NCBI GenBank assembly: GCA_049517335.1 | Contig: JBEKSD010000001.1 | Location: 92,776 to 156,775, forward strand | Source of the DNA: Candidatus Omnitrophota bacterium | Lineage (GTDB): Bacteria; Omnitrophota; Gorgyraeia; Gygaellales; Profunditerraquicolaceae | DNA length: 64,000 nucleotides | Direction of reading: 5' to 3' | Part shown: positions 38,396-50,020 of the stretch, piece by piece | Numbering within the stretch: position 1 is the first letter of the stretch | How the letters are laid out: each line of letters starts with the position of its first letter | Translations under genes and position numbers: made by a program | Notes under the pieces: model-generated | Seen by the model: the letters and a program-made list of their open reading frames with translations, nothing else | Database searches by the model: none | What the model was told of the DNA's origin: nothing

Positions 38396-39188
38396 AGTAG
38401 AATTATTATTTACTAAAGTTTTAAACTGTAACAGGAACTCGCTTTACCTACGTAGAGATATAGTCCTAGATAAAGAAAAGCAGCTTATGATTTCATCCGC
38501 CCTGAAGAGGCGCATCAGTGGTGAACCCATTCAGTATATTTTGGGCGAGTCGGAATTTATGGGATTGAATTTTAAGGTTAACAGGGATGTATTGATACCC
38601 CGGCCGGAAACGGAAATCCTTGTTGAAACAGCCGTCAAAATAGCTAATGCATATGGCAAAGCACGAGAGAATAGATGGATATCAATATTGGATCTGGGGA
38701 CAGGTTCGGGATGCATAGCTGTATCGCTGGCTCAACTGTTATCCAGCGTTGAAATTACCGCTGTGGATATCTCCAAAGAGGCGCTCGCTGTGGCAAAACA
38801 AAATGCAATTATTAATAATGTTTCGGATAAAATTAAATTCCTAAAGAGCGATTTATTCAATGCCGTGATACCCGGTATGCGATATGACATATGCGTCAGT
38901 AACCCGCCTTATATATGTTCTTCGCAGATTGATAAACTTATGCCTGAAATACAATTTGAGCCGCGGGTTGCTTTTGACGCAGGAGAAGACGGCCTGGGTT
39001 TTTATCGCGAAATAATTAACAAAACTCCTGTGTATCTTAAGAGGAAAGGTTATTTAATTTTAGAGGCGGGCTTTAATCAAGGCGCAGATATAAGAAAAAT
39101 CCTTCAAAATTCCTTAAACTTTGAGATAATAGAAGTGGTAAAGGATTACAACAGTATAGATAGGGTCATTGTTGCAAAGAACGGATAA
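38388..39188 (+). CDS. prmC: release factor glutamine methyltransferase
   Basis: DLGTGSGCIA SAM-binding motif, the NPPY motif, and conserved prfA-prmC linkage. Confidence 0.85.
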   Translation: MNEVELLFTKVLNCNRNSLYLRRDIVLDKEKQLMISSALKRRISGEPIQYILGESEFMGLNFKVNRDVLIPRPETEILVETAVKIANAYGKARENRWISILDLGTGSGCIAVSLAQLLSSVEITAVDISKEALAVAKQNAIINNVSDKIKFLKSDLFNAVIPGMRYDICVSNPPYICSSQIDKLMPEIQFEPRVAFDAGEDGLGFYREIINKTPVYLKRKGYLILEAGFNQGADIRKILQNSLNFEIIEVVKDYNSIDRVIVAKNG

Positions 39189-39193
39189 AAAAT

Positions 39194-40456
39194 ATGGATA
39201 AACTGGTTATTGAAGGCGGGGTAAAACTTGAAGGGGAAGTAACGGTATCAGGCGCTAAGAATTCGGTGCTGCCGATTATGGCAGCTACTTTGCTCACTGA
39301 TAATGCCTGCATTATTAAAGGCGTTCCGGAACTGCGCGATACCAACACTATGATTAAAATATTGCGTTCTCTGGGTAAGAACGCAGAATTGCAGAAAGGC
39401 GTAGCTACAATTACAACGGCCAAGACAGGTAATTATATCGCCGATTATAAATTAGTTTCTACCATGCGCGCTTCTTTCTGTGTCTTAGGCCCGCTTTTGG
39501 GCAAATTAAAAAAAGCCAAAGTTTCCTTGCCCGGAGGCTGCATTATCGGCGTACGTCCAGTGGACCTGCATTTAAAGGGATTAAAAGCATTGGGCGTTGA
39601 GCTGGATATTAACTCCGGCTACGTATCGGCAAAAGCCGACAAGTTAAAAGGTGCTCAAATGTACCTGGGAGGGGTATACGGCTCATCCGTATTGGCTACG
39701 GATAACGTAATGATGTGCGCAGTCCTGGCTAAGGGTAAAACAATAATTGAATGCGCCGCATGTGAGCCGGAAGTTGCGGATTTAGCTGAGTTTCTGATTA
39801 AAATGGGCGCAAAAATTAAAGGCCACGGCACTCCCGTCATTGAAATTGAAGGAGTCACCCGCCTTCACGGAGCAACTCACACTATTATCCCCGACAGGAT
39901 TGAAGCGGGCACGCTTATGCTCGCGTCTTTAATTACTAATGGCGATATTTTGATTAATAATGTTTTAGCCAGCCATATAGGCGCGTTAATTGATAAATTG
40001 CAGGAAGCGGGCGCTGTGGTTATCAAGGCGGATAATTCGGTGCGCGTGCGCCGTAGGGGCAAGTTAAAAGCAGTCAACGTCACAACCCTGCCTTATCCGG
40101 GTTTTCCCACTGATATGCAGGCGCAGATGATGGCGCTTATGACGGTAACGCCCGGCATAAGCGTCGTGACCGAGAAGATTTACCCGGACAGGTTTATGCA
40201 TGTTTCCGAGCTCAACCGTATGGGCGCTAATATCCAAAGGGAAGGCCCGCACGCCATAGTTTCCGGTATTAAGAATTTATCCGGAGCTTCGGTCATGGCT
40301 TCGGATCTGCGTGCGTCCGCGTGTTTAGTGTTAGCTGGGCTTGCGGCGAAGGGTGAGACTTCAATTTCAAGGATTTATCACCTTGAGCGCGGATATGAAA
40401 ACATTGAGACAAAGTTAGAAAAATTGGGAGCGAAAATCCACAGGGAAAGGGAATAA
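39194..40456 (+). CDS. murA: UDP-N-acetylglucosamine 1-carboxyvinyltransferase
   Basis: [20 protein letters not shown] start and the catalytic Cys loop [15 protein letters not shown]. Confidence 0.9.
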   Translation: MDKLVIEGGVKLEGEVTVSGAKNSVLPIMAATLLTDNACIIKGVPELRDTNTMIKILRSLGKNAELQKGVATITTAKTGNYIADYKLVSTMRASFCVLGPLLGKLKKAKVSLPGGCIIGVRPVDLHLKGLKALGVELDINSGYVSAKADKLKGAQMYLGGVYGSSVLATDNVMMCAVLAKGKTIIECAACEPEVADLAEFLIKMGAKIKGHGTPVIEIEGVTRLHGATHTIIPDRIEAGTLMLASLITNGDILINNVLASHIGALIDKLQEAGAVVIKADNSVRVRRRGKLKAVNVTTLPYPGFPTDMQAQMMALMTVTPGISVVTEKIYPDRFMHVSELNRMGANIQREGPHAIVSGIKNLSGASVMASDLRASACLVLAGLAAKGETSISRIYHLERGYENIETKLEKLGAKIHRERE

Positions 40457-40458
40457 AA

Positions 40459-41022
40459 ATGGTATTAATGCTTGATAATTACGATTCTTTTACCTATAAC
40501 CTTGTCCAGTATCTGGGAGCATTGGGCGAAGAGGTGAAGGTATTCCGTAATGACAAGATAACTATACCCAAAATCAGGAAGTTGAGGCCTGAAAAAATCG
40601 TTATTTCTCCCGGTCCGGGAAGGCCTGAGGATGCGGGCATCTCCTGTGAGTTAATTGGTGAGTTCGCAGGAAAAATCCCTATTTTAGGCGTCTGCCTCGG
40701 CCATCAGGCTATCGGGTATGTTTTCGGTGGACGTATAATAAATGCCAGAAATTTAATGCACGGGAAAACTTCTTTGATATACCATACCGGAGAAACCATA
40801 TTTAAAGGCATACCCAATCCTTTTGAGGCAACCCGGTATCATTCATTGCTGGTTGATTCCAAAAATCTCCCCGCGTGCCTTAAGGTTATTGCCTGGACTA
40901 AGAATAAAGAAATAATGGGCTTGAAACACAAGTCGTATCCGTTATGGGGAGTGCAGTTTCATCCGGAGTCCGTGCTTACAAAAAGCGGCATGGATATTTT
41001 GGCTAACTTTCTGAAGCAATGA
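40459..41022 (+). CDS. trpG: anthranilate synthase glutamine amidotransferase component (TrpG/PabA-type)
   Basis: ILGVCLGHQ catalytic Cys and the WGVQFHPES motif. Confidence 0.8.
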   Translation: MVLMLDNYDSFTYNLVQYLGALGEEVKVFRNDKITIPKIRKLRPEKIVISPGPGRPEDAGISCELIGEFAGKIPILGVCLGHQAIGYVFGGRIINARNLMHGKTSLIYHTGETIFKGIPNPFEATRYHSLLVDSKNLPACLKVIAWTKNKEIMGLKHKSYPLWGVQFHPESVLTKSGMDILANFLKQ

Positions 41023-42032
41023 TAGATGAAGCGATAAAAATCGTTCAAGGGGGTGCGGATCTTTCTGAAAAACAGATGTCCTGCGTTATGGAAGAGATTT
41101 TAACCGGGCGAGCATTGACTGCGCAGATAGTTTCTTTCCTTTGTGTCTTAAATGACAAAGGCGAGAGCATTGAAGAAGTGAGCGCAGCGGTAAAAGTGAT
41201 GCGCACCCATGCAACGCAGGTCCATACAAAACAGGATGTTATTCTGGACACCTGCGGTACGGGCGGGGACAGCAAAGAGACTTTTAATATCTCAACTACC
41301 GTTGCTTTTGTGGCGGCTGCAAGCGGCGTGGCAGTTGCCAAGCACGGTAATCGTTCGGTATCCAGTGCATCCGGAAGCGCGGATATACTGGAAGCATTAG
41401 GGGTAAATATAAATTTAAGCAAAGAGAAATTAGGCGAGTGCCTTGATCAGGCCGGCATTGCTTTTTTATTCGCGCAGAGCCTGCATCCGGCGATGAAATA
41501 TGCGATGGAAGCCAGAAAGAAAATCGGAAGGCGCACGATTTTTAATATTATCGGTCCCTTAAGTAACCCTGCGCATGCGACCCATCAGTTGGTGGGGGTT
41601 TTTGCCGCGCATTGGGTGTCTTTCTTAGCGCAGGTTTTAGCAAGGCTCGGGACAAGGCACGCCTTAGTCGTGCATGGGCAAGACGGCCTGGATGAGGTAA
41701 CTACGACTGCGAAGACCATGATTTCCGAAGTGAAAGACGGTAAAGTCAGGAATTATGAAATATTCCCCGATGAATTTGGGATAAAAAAAGCAAGGCTTGA
41801 GGATTTATCCGGAGCAAGTCCGCGGGAAAACGCACTTATACTCCTTGATATTTTAAAAGGTAAAAAAAGCGCAGGTAGGGATATCGTGATATTGAATTCC
41901 GCGGCGGCAATATATGCGGCAGATAAAGTGAAAAGCATTAAAGAGGGGATAATTGCGGCAGAAGAAGCGATTGATTCTGGAAAAGCGCTGGAGAAGCTGG
42001 AAATGCTCAAGGAGTTTACGTCGAGAAATTAA
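41019..42032 (+). CDS. trpD: anthranilate phosphoribosyltransferase
   Basis: DTCGTGGD and KHGNRSVSS motifs. Confidence 0.9.
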   Translation: MIDEAIKIVQGGADLSEKQMSCVMEEILTGRALTAQIVSFLCVLNDKGESIEEVSAAVKVMRTHATQVHTKQDVILDTCGTGGDSKETFNISTTVAFVAAASGVAVAKHGNRSVSSASGSADILEALGVNINLSKEKLGECLDQAGIAFLFAQSLHPAMKYAMEARKKIGRRTIFNIIGPLSNPAHATHQLVGVFAAHWVSFLAQVLARLGTRHALVVHGQDGLDEVTTTAKTMISEVKDGKVRNYEIFPDEFGIKKARLEDLSGASPRENALILLDILKGKKSAGRDIVILNSAAAIYAADKVKSIKEGIIAAEEAIDSGKALEKLEMLKEFTSRN

Positions 42033-42034
42033 AC

Positions 42035-42826
42035 ATGGCAAAGACAGACATCTTGAAGGACATCATCGCAAAAAAAAGAGAAAAGATACTTTTAGCCAAA
42101 CAACTCCTGCCCGAAGAGGAATTAAAAGCAAAAATCAGTACACTTCCGGCGGTAAGGCCGTTCATTGAGGCAATAAAAAAACCGCGCCAGATTTCCCTTA
42201 TCGCCGAAATCAAAAAGGCATCCCCGTCTTTGGGGGTAATTAAGGAAGATTTTAACCATATTGAGATAGCCAGAGTTTATCAGGAAGCAAGAGTGCAGGC
42301 GATATCTGTTTTAACCGAAAGCGATTATTTTCAAGGAGAGATAAATTTTATCAATGAGGTTAAAGCGGTAACGGAAGCCCCAGTTTTAAGGAAAGATTTT
42401 ATTTTAGAGCCTTATCAGGTTTATGAATCGCGTTATTTCGGGGCCGATGCCATACTTTTAATTGCCGATATATTGACGCAGGAGGAAATATCCGAATTAT
42501 CAACGCTCGCTTCCGGTTTAGGGCTTGCCTGTTTGGTTGAGGTGCATACGGAAAAAGAGTTAAAGAAAATATTAAAATTAAAAGATATCCCTTTAATCGG
42601 CATTAATAACCGTTCTCTGCGCACGCTTGAGGTTGACCCAAAAACAGTGGAAAAGCTTTATACTCTCATCCCTAAAAATAAGGTAGTGGTGGTTGAAAGT
42701 GGGATAAAAAGCTATCAGGACGTTCTGTTCCTGAAAATACTGGGCGTCAATGCCGTTCTCATCGGTACTGCTTTTATGCAGGCTAAGGATATACGCCGCG
42801 CCATTGACGAAATAATGGGATGGTGA
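42035..42826 (+). CDS. trpC: indole-3-glycerol phosphate synthase
   Basis: AEIKKASPS, LRKDFI and LVEVH motifs. Confidence 0.9.
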   Translation: MAKTDILKDIIAKKREKILLAKQLLPEEELKAKISTLPAVRPFIEAIKKPRQISLIAEIKKASPSLGVIKEDFNHIEIARVYQEARVQAISVLTESDYFQGEINFINEVKAVTEAPVLRKDFILEPYQVYESRYFGADAILLIADILTQEEISELSTLASGLGLACLVEVHTEKELKKILKLKDIPLIGINNRSLRTLEVDPKTVEKLYTLIPKNKVVVVESGIKSYQDVLFLKILGVNAVLIGTAFMQAKDIRRAIDEIMGW

Positions 42827-42827
42827 A

Positions 42828-43445
42828 GTGGTTAAGGTAAAGATTTGCGGCATTACCAATTTGAAAGATGCGTTCTTATGTATAGATGCCGGAGCGGATG
42901 CTTTAGGATTTGTGTTTTACAAAAAAAGCAGCCGTTATATTCCTCCGGAAAAAGCCTGTCTTATAATCCTCCGGCTTCCGGAGAAGGTAATAAAAGTAGG
43001 GATTTTCGTTAATGAAAAAGAGAAAGAAATACGCAGGATAGCCGAATCTTGCCTGCTTGATATGCTGCAGTTTCACGGCAATGAAACGCCGGAATTCTGC
43101 CAAAGGTTTAAGGATTTAAAAGTAATAAAGGCATTCCGGGTGAGGGATTGTATAGACAAAAAGAAGATCGCAAAATATAATACATTCGCTTATCTTTTTG
43201 ATACTTTTGCGCAAGATAAGGCCGGCGGCACAGGCAAGACATTCAACTGGCAATTTATTAGGCGCTTAGGCGGATTAAAAAAGCCGGTATTCTTGTCCGG
43301 AGGATTGAACGCAAGGAATGTCTTAGGCGCCATAAGATGTGTAACCCCAAGCTGGGTTGACGCGTCCAGTTCAGTGGAAAAAGCAGCAGGTAAGAAGGAT
43401 AGAAATAAGTTAAAGAATTTCATAAAAGAGGCAAAACGAGGGTAA
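42828..43445 (+). CDS. trpF: phosphoribosylanthranilate isomerase
   Basis: VKVKICGIT start and FLSGGLN. It begins at a GTG one base after the trpC stop. Confidence 0.85.
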   Translation: MVKVKICGITNLKDAFLCIDAGADALGFVFYKKSSRYIPPEKACLIILRLPEKVIKVGIFVNEKEKEIRRIAESCLLDMLQFHGNETPEFCQRFKDLKVIKAFRVRDCIDKKKIAKYNTFAYLFDTFAQDKAGGTGKTFNWQFIRRLGGLKKPVFLSGGLNARNVLGAIRCVTPSWVDASSSVEKAAGKKDRNKLKNFIKEAKRG

Positions 43446-43447
43446 AT

Positions 43448-44629
43448 ATGTTACCGGATAAAAAAGGGCATTTTAACGGGTTTGGCGGCAGGTTTGTCCC
43501 TGAGACGCTGATTTATGCTTTGGATGAGTTGGAGAAAGAATACGCAAAGGCAAAACACGACCCAAAGTTTATCGCTGAATTTGATTATTATCTAAAAGAA
43601 TACGCCGGGAGGCCGACGCCGTTATACCTTGCGAAGAACCTAAGTAAATACCTGGGCTTAAAAAAGGTTTACCTGAAGCGCGAGGACCTTTTGCATACGG
43701 GAGCGCATAAAATAAACAATACTTTAGGGCAGATACTGCTTGCCGTGCGCATGAATAAGAAACGCATTATCGCCGAGACCGGAGCAGGCCAGCACGGAGT
43801 GGCTACTGCGACTGTGGCGGCGATGTTCGGATTGTCCTGCGATGTTTATATGGGTTCAGAAGATATTGAAAGACAGAAGCTCAATGTTTTCCGTATGAAA
43901 TTGCTGGGGGCGCGGGTAATACCGGTTAGAAGCGGGACTAAGACTTTAAAAGACGCGATGACTGAGGCGTTACGTGACTGGGTAACTAATGTGCGCGATA
44001 CCCATTATATTATCGGGACCGTTGCCGGGCCTCATCCGTACCCAGCTATGGTGCGCGATTTCCAGTCAATAATAGGCCGTGAAGCAAGAAAACAGATAAT
44101 CAAAAAGGAAAATAGGCTTCCGGATTATCTTCTTGCCTGCGTAGGAGGCGGAAGCAACTCTATCGGATTGTTTTATCCTTTTTTTAATGATAAAGGGGTA
44201 AAATTTATCGGCGTGGAAGCAGCGGGTTTGGGATTAAAATCCGGAAAACATTCCGCGAGCCTCGTAGCTGGAAAACCCGGCGTATTGCATGGTTCAAAAT
44301 CCAGTCTGCTGCAGGATAAATTCGGGCAGGTTCAGAATGCCCATTCCATTGCCGCAGGCCTTGATTATCCCGGGGTTGGGCCGGAGCACGCGTATTATAA
44401 AAAAATTAAACGCGCTGAATATGTGGCAATAACCGATAAAGAAGCGCTGGAAGGGTTTAAATTACTGGCAGAAACAGAAGGTATAATTCCCGCGCTTGAG
44501 CCTTCACACGCAATTGCATACTTAAAAAAATTACAAAACAAAATTAACAGGAATTCGATTATAATATTGTGTTTATCAGGCAGGGGGGATAAGGATACGC
44601 ATACAGTAGCGGAAAAATTAAAATTATGA
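43448..44629 (+). CDS. trpB: tryptophan synthase beta chain
   Basis: [16 protein letters not shown], and [11 protein letters not shown]-site motifs. Confidence 0.9.
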   Translation: MLPDKKGHFNGFGGRFVPETLIYALDELEKEYAKAKHDPKFIAEFDYYLKEYAGRPTPLYLAKNLSKYLGLKKVYLKREDLLHTGAHKINNTLGQILLAVRMNKKRIIAETGAGQHGVATATVAAMFGLSCDVYMGSEDIERQKLNVFRMKLLGARVIPVRSGTKTLKDAMTEALRDWVTNVRDTHYIIGTVAGPHPYPAMVRDFQSIIGREARKQIIKKENRLPDYLLACVGGGSNSIGLFYPFFNDKGVKFIGVEAAGLGLKSGKHSASLVAGKPGVLHGSKSSLLQDKFGQVQNAHSIAAGLDYPGVGPEHAYYKKIKRAEYVAITDKEALEGFKLLAETEGIIPALEPSHAIAYLKKLQNKINRNSIIILCLSGRGDKDTHTVAEKLKL

Positions 44630-45414
44630 ACCGTATTGAAGCCAAATTCAAACAGTTAAGTAAGAACAGGAAGAAGGCGTTTATTGCTTTTGTCACAGCC
44701 GGATATCCTGATTTACGCACTACGGAAAGGTTGATTTTAGGGTTCTCAAGGATTGAGGTGGATATCATAGAGCTGGGCGTACCTTTTTCCGATCCTATGG
44801 CTGATGGGCCCGTGATTCAGGAAGCGTCATTTGAGTCTTTGAAAAAAGGAACGCGGTTAATTGACATCTTGAACCTCGTAAAAAGAGCCCGTAGGTCGAC
44901 ACAGAGTCCTATTTGCCTGATGACTTACTACAACCCGGTTTTCAGTTTCGGGGATGAAAAATTTGCCAAAGCCGCCGTAGCCTGCGGGGTTGACGGCGTA
45001 ATCATACCAGACCTGCCTCCGGACGAGGGGACTGTGTTTATTAAAATATGCAATAAATACAAGTTGGATGTAATTTCTTTTATTGCCCCTACTACTTCAA
45101 GGGAGAGGATGAAGTTTATCTCCAAGGTTACAAAAGGTTTTATTTATTATGTTTCATTGACCGGAGTTACGGGAGAACGTAGTAATCTTCCCAAAGACCT
45201 GATAACTAATGTAAAGACAGTCAGGAAGATAGCTAAAAATCCGGTCTGTGTGGGGTTTGGTATCTCAAGCAGAAGCCAGGTTGCTCAAGTCAATAAGGTT
45301 GCCGACGGAGCTATCGTGGGTAGTGCGATTGTTAAGTGCATAAAAGAAAATATCAACAAGCCGGATTTAGTCAGGCGTGTTGTTGATTTTGTTTACAGGC
45401 TAAAAAATGTATAA
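44626..45414 (+). CDS. trpA: tryptophan synthase alpha chain
   Basis: [15 protein letters not shown] and [10 protein letters not shown] motifs. Confidence 0.9.
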   Translation: MNRIEAKFKQLSKNRKKAFIAFVTAGYPDLRTTERLILGFSRIEVDIIELGVPFSDPMADGPVIQEASFESLKKGTRLIDILNLVKRARRSTQSPICLMTYYNPVFSFGDEKFAKAAVACGVDGVIIPDLPPDEGTVFIKICNKYKLDVISFIAPTTSRERMKFISKVTKGFIYYVSLTGVTGERSNLPKDLITNVKTVRKIAKNPVCVGFGISSRSQVAQVNKVADGAIVGSAIVKCIKENINKPDLVRRVVDFVYRLKNV

Positions 45415-46675
45415 AAAGATAAAACTTGATAACGGCTTAAGAGTCTTAAGCCACCGTATGCCGAATATGCAGTCGGTGGCATTGGGGATATGGATTAAGG
45501 TCGGGGGAAGGTATGAATTTGATAAGAATCAAGGCATCTCGCATTTCCTAGAGCATCTTGTGTTTAAAGGGACGAAAAAATATTCCTGCAGGAAGCTGAA
45601 AGAATCAATTGAAGGCGTAGGCGGCTCATTAAACGGGTTTACTTCCGAGGAACTTACCTGTTATCTGGTAAAGACGCCGGCGCGGCATTTGGCAACTGCA
45701 TTGGATGTCTTAGCGGATATGGTAATAAATCCGCTAATCCCACCTGTTGAGGTTGAGAAGGAGAAGACCGTCATTTTAGAAGAGATAAAGATGTATCGGG
45801 ACCAGCCGCAGAGCTATGTTTATGAATTGCTTGATGAGCTTATGTGGCCGAAACAACAGCTGGGAAGGCCTGTAATCGGCACAGCCGAATCTGTCAGGCG
45901 GATTAATAGAAAAGAGCTGGCTGATTTTAAGGATAAATATTACAGCGCATCCAGTATTCTGGTAAACGGGGTTGGCTTGTTTAAGCCGGATGAATTCAAT
46001 AAACGCGTGGGACATTTATTTTCACGTCTCGGGCATAAACCAATGAATACTTTTGAGAAGGCTCGGGAAGCGCAGGTTAAGCCGCAATTAAAGGTGCATA
46101 ATAAAGACACGGAACAAACGCATATGGCATTGGGATTCCATGCTTTTAAACGCGACCATCATTTGCGCCATGCGTTGGCCATATTGCATATAGTGCTCGG
46201 TGGGAATATGTCCAGCAGGCTTTTTGAAGAGGTGCGGGAGAAGAAAGGCCTGGCTTATGAGATCGGCACTTCGCTGAAACGTTTTAGCGACACAGGGGCA
46301 TTTATCGTGCATGCCGGTATTGATAATGGCAAGCTTATTGAAGCGGTATCTTTAATTCTAAAAGAGCTGAGGCGGGCTAAAGACAGCGTTGTCAGTGATG
46401 ATGAATTTATACGCGCCAAGGAGTTCTATCGCGGCCAGATGATGCTGGCTTTAGAAGATACCATGGATTATATGCTTTGGCTGGGCGAGACAAGTGCAGT
46501 TTTGGATAAGGAATATACTTTTGATGAGTTGATGAAAGAAGTGGACAGGGTTAAAAGGAAGGATTTGAAGGAAGCAGCAAAGACGATTATTACTGATAAT
46601 AGAATGAGCTTGGCCCTCATTAGTCCCTTAAAGGGTAAAGAGGATGAGATTTATAAACTGTTAAAGGTGAATTAA
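45407..46675 (+). CDS. M16-family zinc peptidase (insulinase-like)
   Basis: HFLEHLVFKGT inverted zinc-binding motif in the N-terminal domain. Confidence 0.75.
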   Translation: MYKKIKLDNGLRVLSHRMPNMQSVALGIWIKVGGRYEFDKNQGISHFLEHLVFKGTKKYSCRKLKESIEGVGGSLNGFTSEELTCYLVKTPARHLATALDVLADMVINPLIPPVEVEKEKTVILEEIKMYRDQPQSYVYELLDELMWPKQQLGRPVIGTAESVRRINRKELADFKDKYYSASSILVNGVGLFKPDEFNKRVGHLFSRLGHKPMNTFEKAREAQVKPQLKVHNKDTEQTHMALGFHAFKRDHHLRHALAILHIVLGGNMSSRLFEEVREKKGLAYEIGTSLKRFSDTGAFIVHAGIDNGKLIEAVSLILKELRRAKDSVVSDDEFIRAKEFYRGQMMLALEDTMDYMLWLGETSAVLDKEYTFDELMKEVDRVKRKDLKEAAKTIITDNRMSLALISPLKGKEDEIYKLLKVN

Positions 46676-47700
46676 TGAGTATGCATCCTGTGTTTTCCTG
46701 GCCGATTACGATAATTTTATTATTAATTTTGGCGATTATTTCTTTTATTTTTTCAGCATCAGAAACTTCCGTTATTGCTTTAAGCAGGATACGACTGCGC
46801 CATATGCTTTCCCGCGGTATTAAGCGCGCCCAGAATATCCAGCGTTTAATTTCCAAAATGGATAAATTCATTACGGCAATATTGGTCGGTAATAACTTCG
46901 TAAATATCGCGATCTCCGCCATCGTAACCGGGTTAGGCATAATATATTTTGGTTACAAATGGGGCATTATCATTGCTACTTTAGTCGCCGCATTCTTTAT
47001 AGTCATTATTTGTGAAATAACGCCCAAGGTCATTGCAATAAAACATACAGAACGGGTGGCATTGGCAATTGCTCCGTTAATGGAAGCCTTCATTAAAGTG
47101 TTTACTCCGGTCATCGCTTTGTTCAGCTGGGCAAGCAATCTGATTATTAAAATGTTGGGCATTAAACCGGCGAAGAAATCGCCCTTGATTACGGAAGAAG
47201 AATTGCGCCTTATGATTGAAATGGGCAAGGAGGAAGGCTTCTTAAGCGACGAAAAGGGGAAAATGTTACACCGGATATTTGAATTTGGCAATATCAAAGC
47301 CGCTGATACCATGGTACCGCTTGCTAAAATGGTGTCGGTCAGCATGAATATTACCCCGGAGGAGCTTTTGAATATCTTTGTTGAGGAAGGCCATGCCCGT
47401 CTTCCTGTGTATAAAGATTCAAAAGACCATATTGTCGGGATTATTTATGCGCGCGACCTGCTTTATATATTAAGAGATAAAGGTCTATTCCTTCTTCAGG
47501 ACTTAATCCATGAGGCTTACTACGTTCCCGCGCACATGCCGGTTAATGAACTTTTAATGAGATTCCAGTCCGACCATATCCAGATTGCCATAATCGTAGA
47601 CGAGCAAAAGCGGGCAATCGGACTTGTTACCTTGGAAGACCTGATTGAAGAGATAGTAGGTGAAATTGAGGAAAAACGCACCAACCGGCGCAAGATTTAA
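46675..47700 (+). CDS. CNNM/DUF21-CBS domain membrane protein (hemolysin-related)
   Basis: N-terminal multi-TM DUF21 region followed by a CBS pair. The C-terminal CorC/HlyC domain appears to be absent. Confidence 0.7.
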   Translation: MSMHPVFSWPITIILLLILAIISFIFSASETSVIALSRIRLRHMLSRGIKRAQNIQRLISKMDKFITAILVGNNFVNIAISAIVTGLGIIYFGYKWGIIIATLVAAFFIVIICEITPKVIAIKHTERVALAIAPLMEAFIKVFTPVIALFSWASNLIIKMLGIKPAKKSPLITEEELRLMIEMGKEEGFLSDEKGKMLHRIFEFGNIKAADTMVPLAKMVSVSMNITPEELLNIFVEEGHARLPVYKDSKDHIVGIIYARDLLYILRDKGLFLLQDLIHEAYYVPAHMPVNELLMRFQSDHIQIAIIVDEQKRAIGLVTLEDLIEEIVGEIEEKRTNRRKI

Positions 47701-47707
47701 GATTACA

Positions 47708-47736
47708 TTGACAGGCATTTTAAGGTATGATACTAT
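47708..47736 (+). promoter_or_regulatory. sigma70-like promoter, TTGACA-17nt-TACTAT
   Basis: Hexamers at 47708-13 and 47731-36. A perfect RBS AAGGAGG follows, before the ATG at 47783. Confidence 0.5.
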
Positions 47737-47782
47737 TATAAAAATTAGTAAACTATTTACTTAACAACATAAGGAGGAAAAG

Positions 47783-47932
47783 ATGGCAGAAACAGGATAT
47801 TGCGTAAAATGCAAAGCTAAAAAAGAAATGAAAGATGAGCAGAAAGTTACTATGAAGAATAAGCGGCAGGCTATGAAGGGTAAATGCTCAACCTGCGGGA
47901 CTGGCATGTATAAGATTTTAGGGAAAAAATAA
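47783..47932 (+). CDS. small zinc-ribbon protein (DUF5679-like), not in the ORF track (49 aa)
   Basis: ATG at 47783 six nt after AAGGAGG. It translates to MAETGYCVKCKAKKEMKDEQKVTMKNKRQAMKGKCSTCGTGMYKILGKK and ends at TAA 47930-32. The CxxC..CxxCG layout is typical of DUF5679. Confidence 0.6.
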   Translation: MAETGYCVKCKAKKEMKDEQKVTMKNKRQAMKGKCSTCGTGMYKILGKK

Positions 47933-48013
47933 GGAGCCAGTAAAATAGAAACAAAAAAAATAGCATTACGCGTTGCTTCTATTGCTAAATCCAAAAAAGC
48001 GCAGAAAGTCACC

Positions 48014-48295
48014 GTGTTTGATATGCGCAAAGTCGCCGGTTTTTGCGATTATTTCGTAATTGCAAGCGGGACATCCCTAAGGCAGGTAAACGCTATAGCA
48101 GAGGCAATTGATGAGGATTTAGCCAAAGACAGGATAAAATCTCTCTCGGAGGTCCCATCTAATGATGAATCAGGGTGGGTGGTTTTGGATTACATGTCCG
48201 TAATTGTGCATATTTTTCATAAACCGATGAGAGAGTTTTATTCTTTGGAGCGCCTTTGGTCAGACGCCAAAAAAGTCAGAATTACGAAGGCATAA
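48014..48295 (+). CDS. rsfS: ribosomal silencing factor RsfS; the true start is probably upstream at a non-ATG codon
   Basis: The Iojap-family body is recognisable. The in-frame upstream sequence SKIETKKIALRVASIAKSKKAQKVTVFD resembles the missing RsfS N-terminus, but the only in-frame starts there are GTG (48005) or ATA/ATT. Confidence 0.75.
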   Translation: MFDMRKVAGFCDYFVIASGTSLRQVNAIAEAIDEDLAKDRIKSLSEVPSNDESGWVVLDYMSVIVHIFHKPMREFYSLERLWSDAKKVRITKA

Positions 48296-48367
48296 GAATT
48301 AACGACCATCCGAATACGCCAAGATTACCCCGGCATCATTCACCAGAGTTAATTTATCACTTAGGAT

Positions 48368-50005
48368 ATGAAAAAAAGCATTGAAAGCCTCCTCCTGAGG
48401 CTAATCAAGGATGCATTAAAGGATTTATCCTTTGAGCAGGTTTATCAAGAGGAGATTTATCTTGATTTTCCTACCGATACCCGCTTCGGTGATTTCACCA
48501 CGAATATCGCCCTAAAATTAAGCAAGCTCCTTAAAAGGCCGCCTTACGAAGTGGCAAAAGGACTCATCTCTGCGATTAATAACAACCTCCAGAAAAGCGA
48601 TTTAAAAGATTGCTTAAAAGAAGTCAGGGTTGAGGGCGCCGGCTTTATCAATTTCTATTTAACCGACAAATATTTCTATGAACAGTTAAAAGACCTGCTC
48701 GTCTACGGGCAGGAGGCGTTAAAGCAGGATTTGGGGGGTAGAAAGAAGGTATTAATAGAATTTGTCAGCGCAAACCCAACGGGTGCGCTCTCAATTGCCC
48801 ACGCCCGGCAGGCGGCAGTAGGGGATGTTCTGGCAAACCTTATGGATTTCCTGAATTTTAAGGTTAAACGGGAATATTATCTTAATGACGAAGGCAACCA
48901 GATAAATATATTGGGTTCTTCGGTTAAACTAAGGATGCGGGAATTAGACGGAGAAATGCTGGATTTTCCTGAGAATTATTATCAGGGCGAGTATATTTAT
49001 GATATTGCCAAAGCGGCCAAAACGGCAGGCGTCAAGAAAGAGGAATTGGGGGATTTTGCCGCCGGGTATATTCTGGATATTATCAAAAAAGAGCTTGATG
49101 ATTTCGGGGTCAGGTTTGATGTTTGGTATAGCCAGAAGGAATTAGACAGGTCGGGAAAAATAGAAAAGTATTTTGAAGAATTAAAAAAGAAAAGTTATCT
49201 TTATGAACAGGAAGGCGCTTTGTGGTTTAAGTCCTCCAGCTTCGGCGACGATAAGGATAGGGTGGTAGTCAAATCCGATAAATCCTATACGTACCTGGCT
49301 CCGGATATAGCATACCATCAGGAGAAATTCCGCAGGGGTTTTGAATGGCTGATTAACCTCTGGGGTCCGGACCATCACGGTTATATCAACCGCCTGAAAG
49401 CTTCCGTGGAGGCCTTCGGCCATAAGCCCGAGAGCCTATCAATAATCATCGTGCAACTGGCTACTATTTTCCGGGAGGGTAAACCCGTGCAGATGTCTAC
49501 GCGCAGGGGCCAGTACATTACTTTAAGGGAAGTTTTGGATGAGGTGGGCAAAGACGCTTCAAGATTTTTCTTTCTTATGCGCCGCACTTCAAGCCACCTT
49601 GATTTTGACCTTGATGTGGCAAAAAAGCAGACCTCGGAAAACCCGGTCTATTACGTGCAATACGCTCATGCCCGGATTTGCAGCATCCTACGTTCTGCCG
49701 GGATAAAAGTAAAGAAAGACGCTCCCCTCTTCATCTTAAAGGAAAAAGAGGAGCTGACGCTTGTAAAAAAGATCCTCCAGTTTCCTTCAGTATTAAATAT
49801 CTGCCTGATTACGCTTGATCCATATATGCTCACCGTTTATTTACAGACATTGGCAGAGAGTTTTCATAAATTTTATGACCTACACCGCGTGTTAGGCACG
49901 GACAGTTCCCTTAGCCTTGCGCGCCTTGCTTTAATTGAAGCAACCAGGACAGCTTTAGCCACAGGCCTTGATATTTTAGGTGTCTCTAAACCGGAAAAGA
50001 TGTAA
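48368..50005 (+). CDS. argS: arginyl-tRNA synthetase
   Basis: Class I HIGH-region equivalent (SANPTGALSIAHAR), and the C-terminal DALR anticodon-binding domain. Confidence 0.9.
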   Translation: MKKSIESLLLRLIKDALKDLSFEQVYQEEIYLDFPTDTRFGDFTTNIALKLSKLLKRPPYEVAKGLISAINNNLQKSDLKDCLKEVRVEGAGFINFYLTDKYFYEQLKDLLVYGQEALKQDLGGRKKVLIEFVSANPTGALSIAHARQAAVGDVLANLMDFLNFKVKREYYLNDEGNQINILGSSVKLRMRELDGEMLDFPENYYQGEYIYDIAKAAKTAGVKKEELGDFAAGYILDIIKKELDDFGVRFDVWYSQKELDRSGKIEKYFEELKKKSYLYEQEGALWFKSSSFGDDKDRVVVKSDKSYTYLAPDIAYHQEKFRRGFEWLINLWGPDHHGYINRLKASVEAFGHKPESLSIIIVQLATIFREGKPVQMSTRRGQYITLREVLDEVGKDASRFFFLMRRTSSHLDFDLDVAKKQTSENPVYYVQYAHARICSILRSAGIKVKKDAPLFILKEKEELTLVKKILQFPSVLNICLITLDPYMLTVYLQTLAESFHKFYDLHRVLGTDSSLSLARLALIEATRTALATGLDILGVSKPEKM

Positions 50006-50020
50006 GCAAGTGCCCATTAA

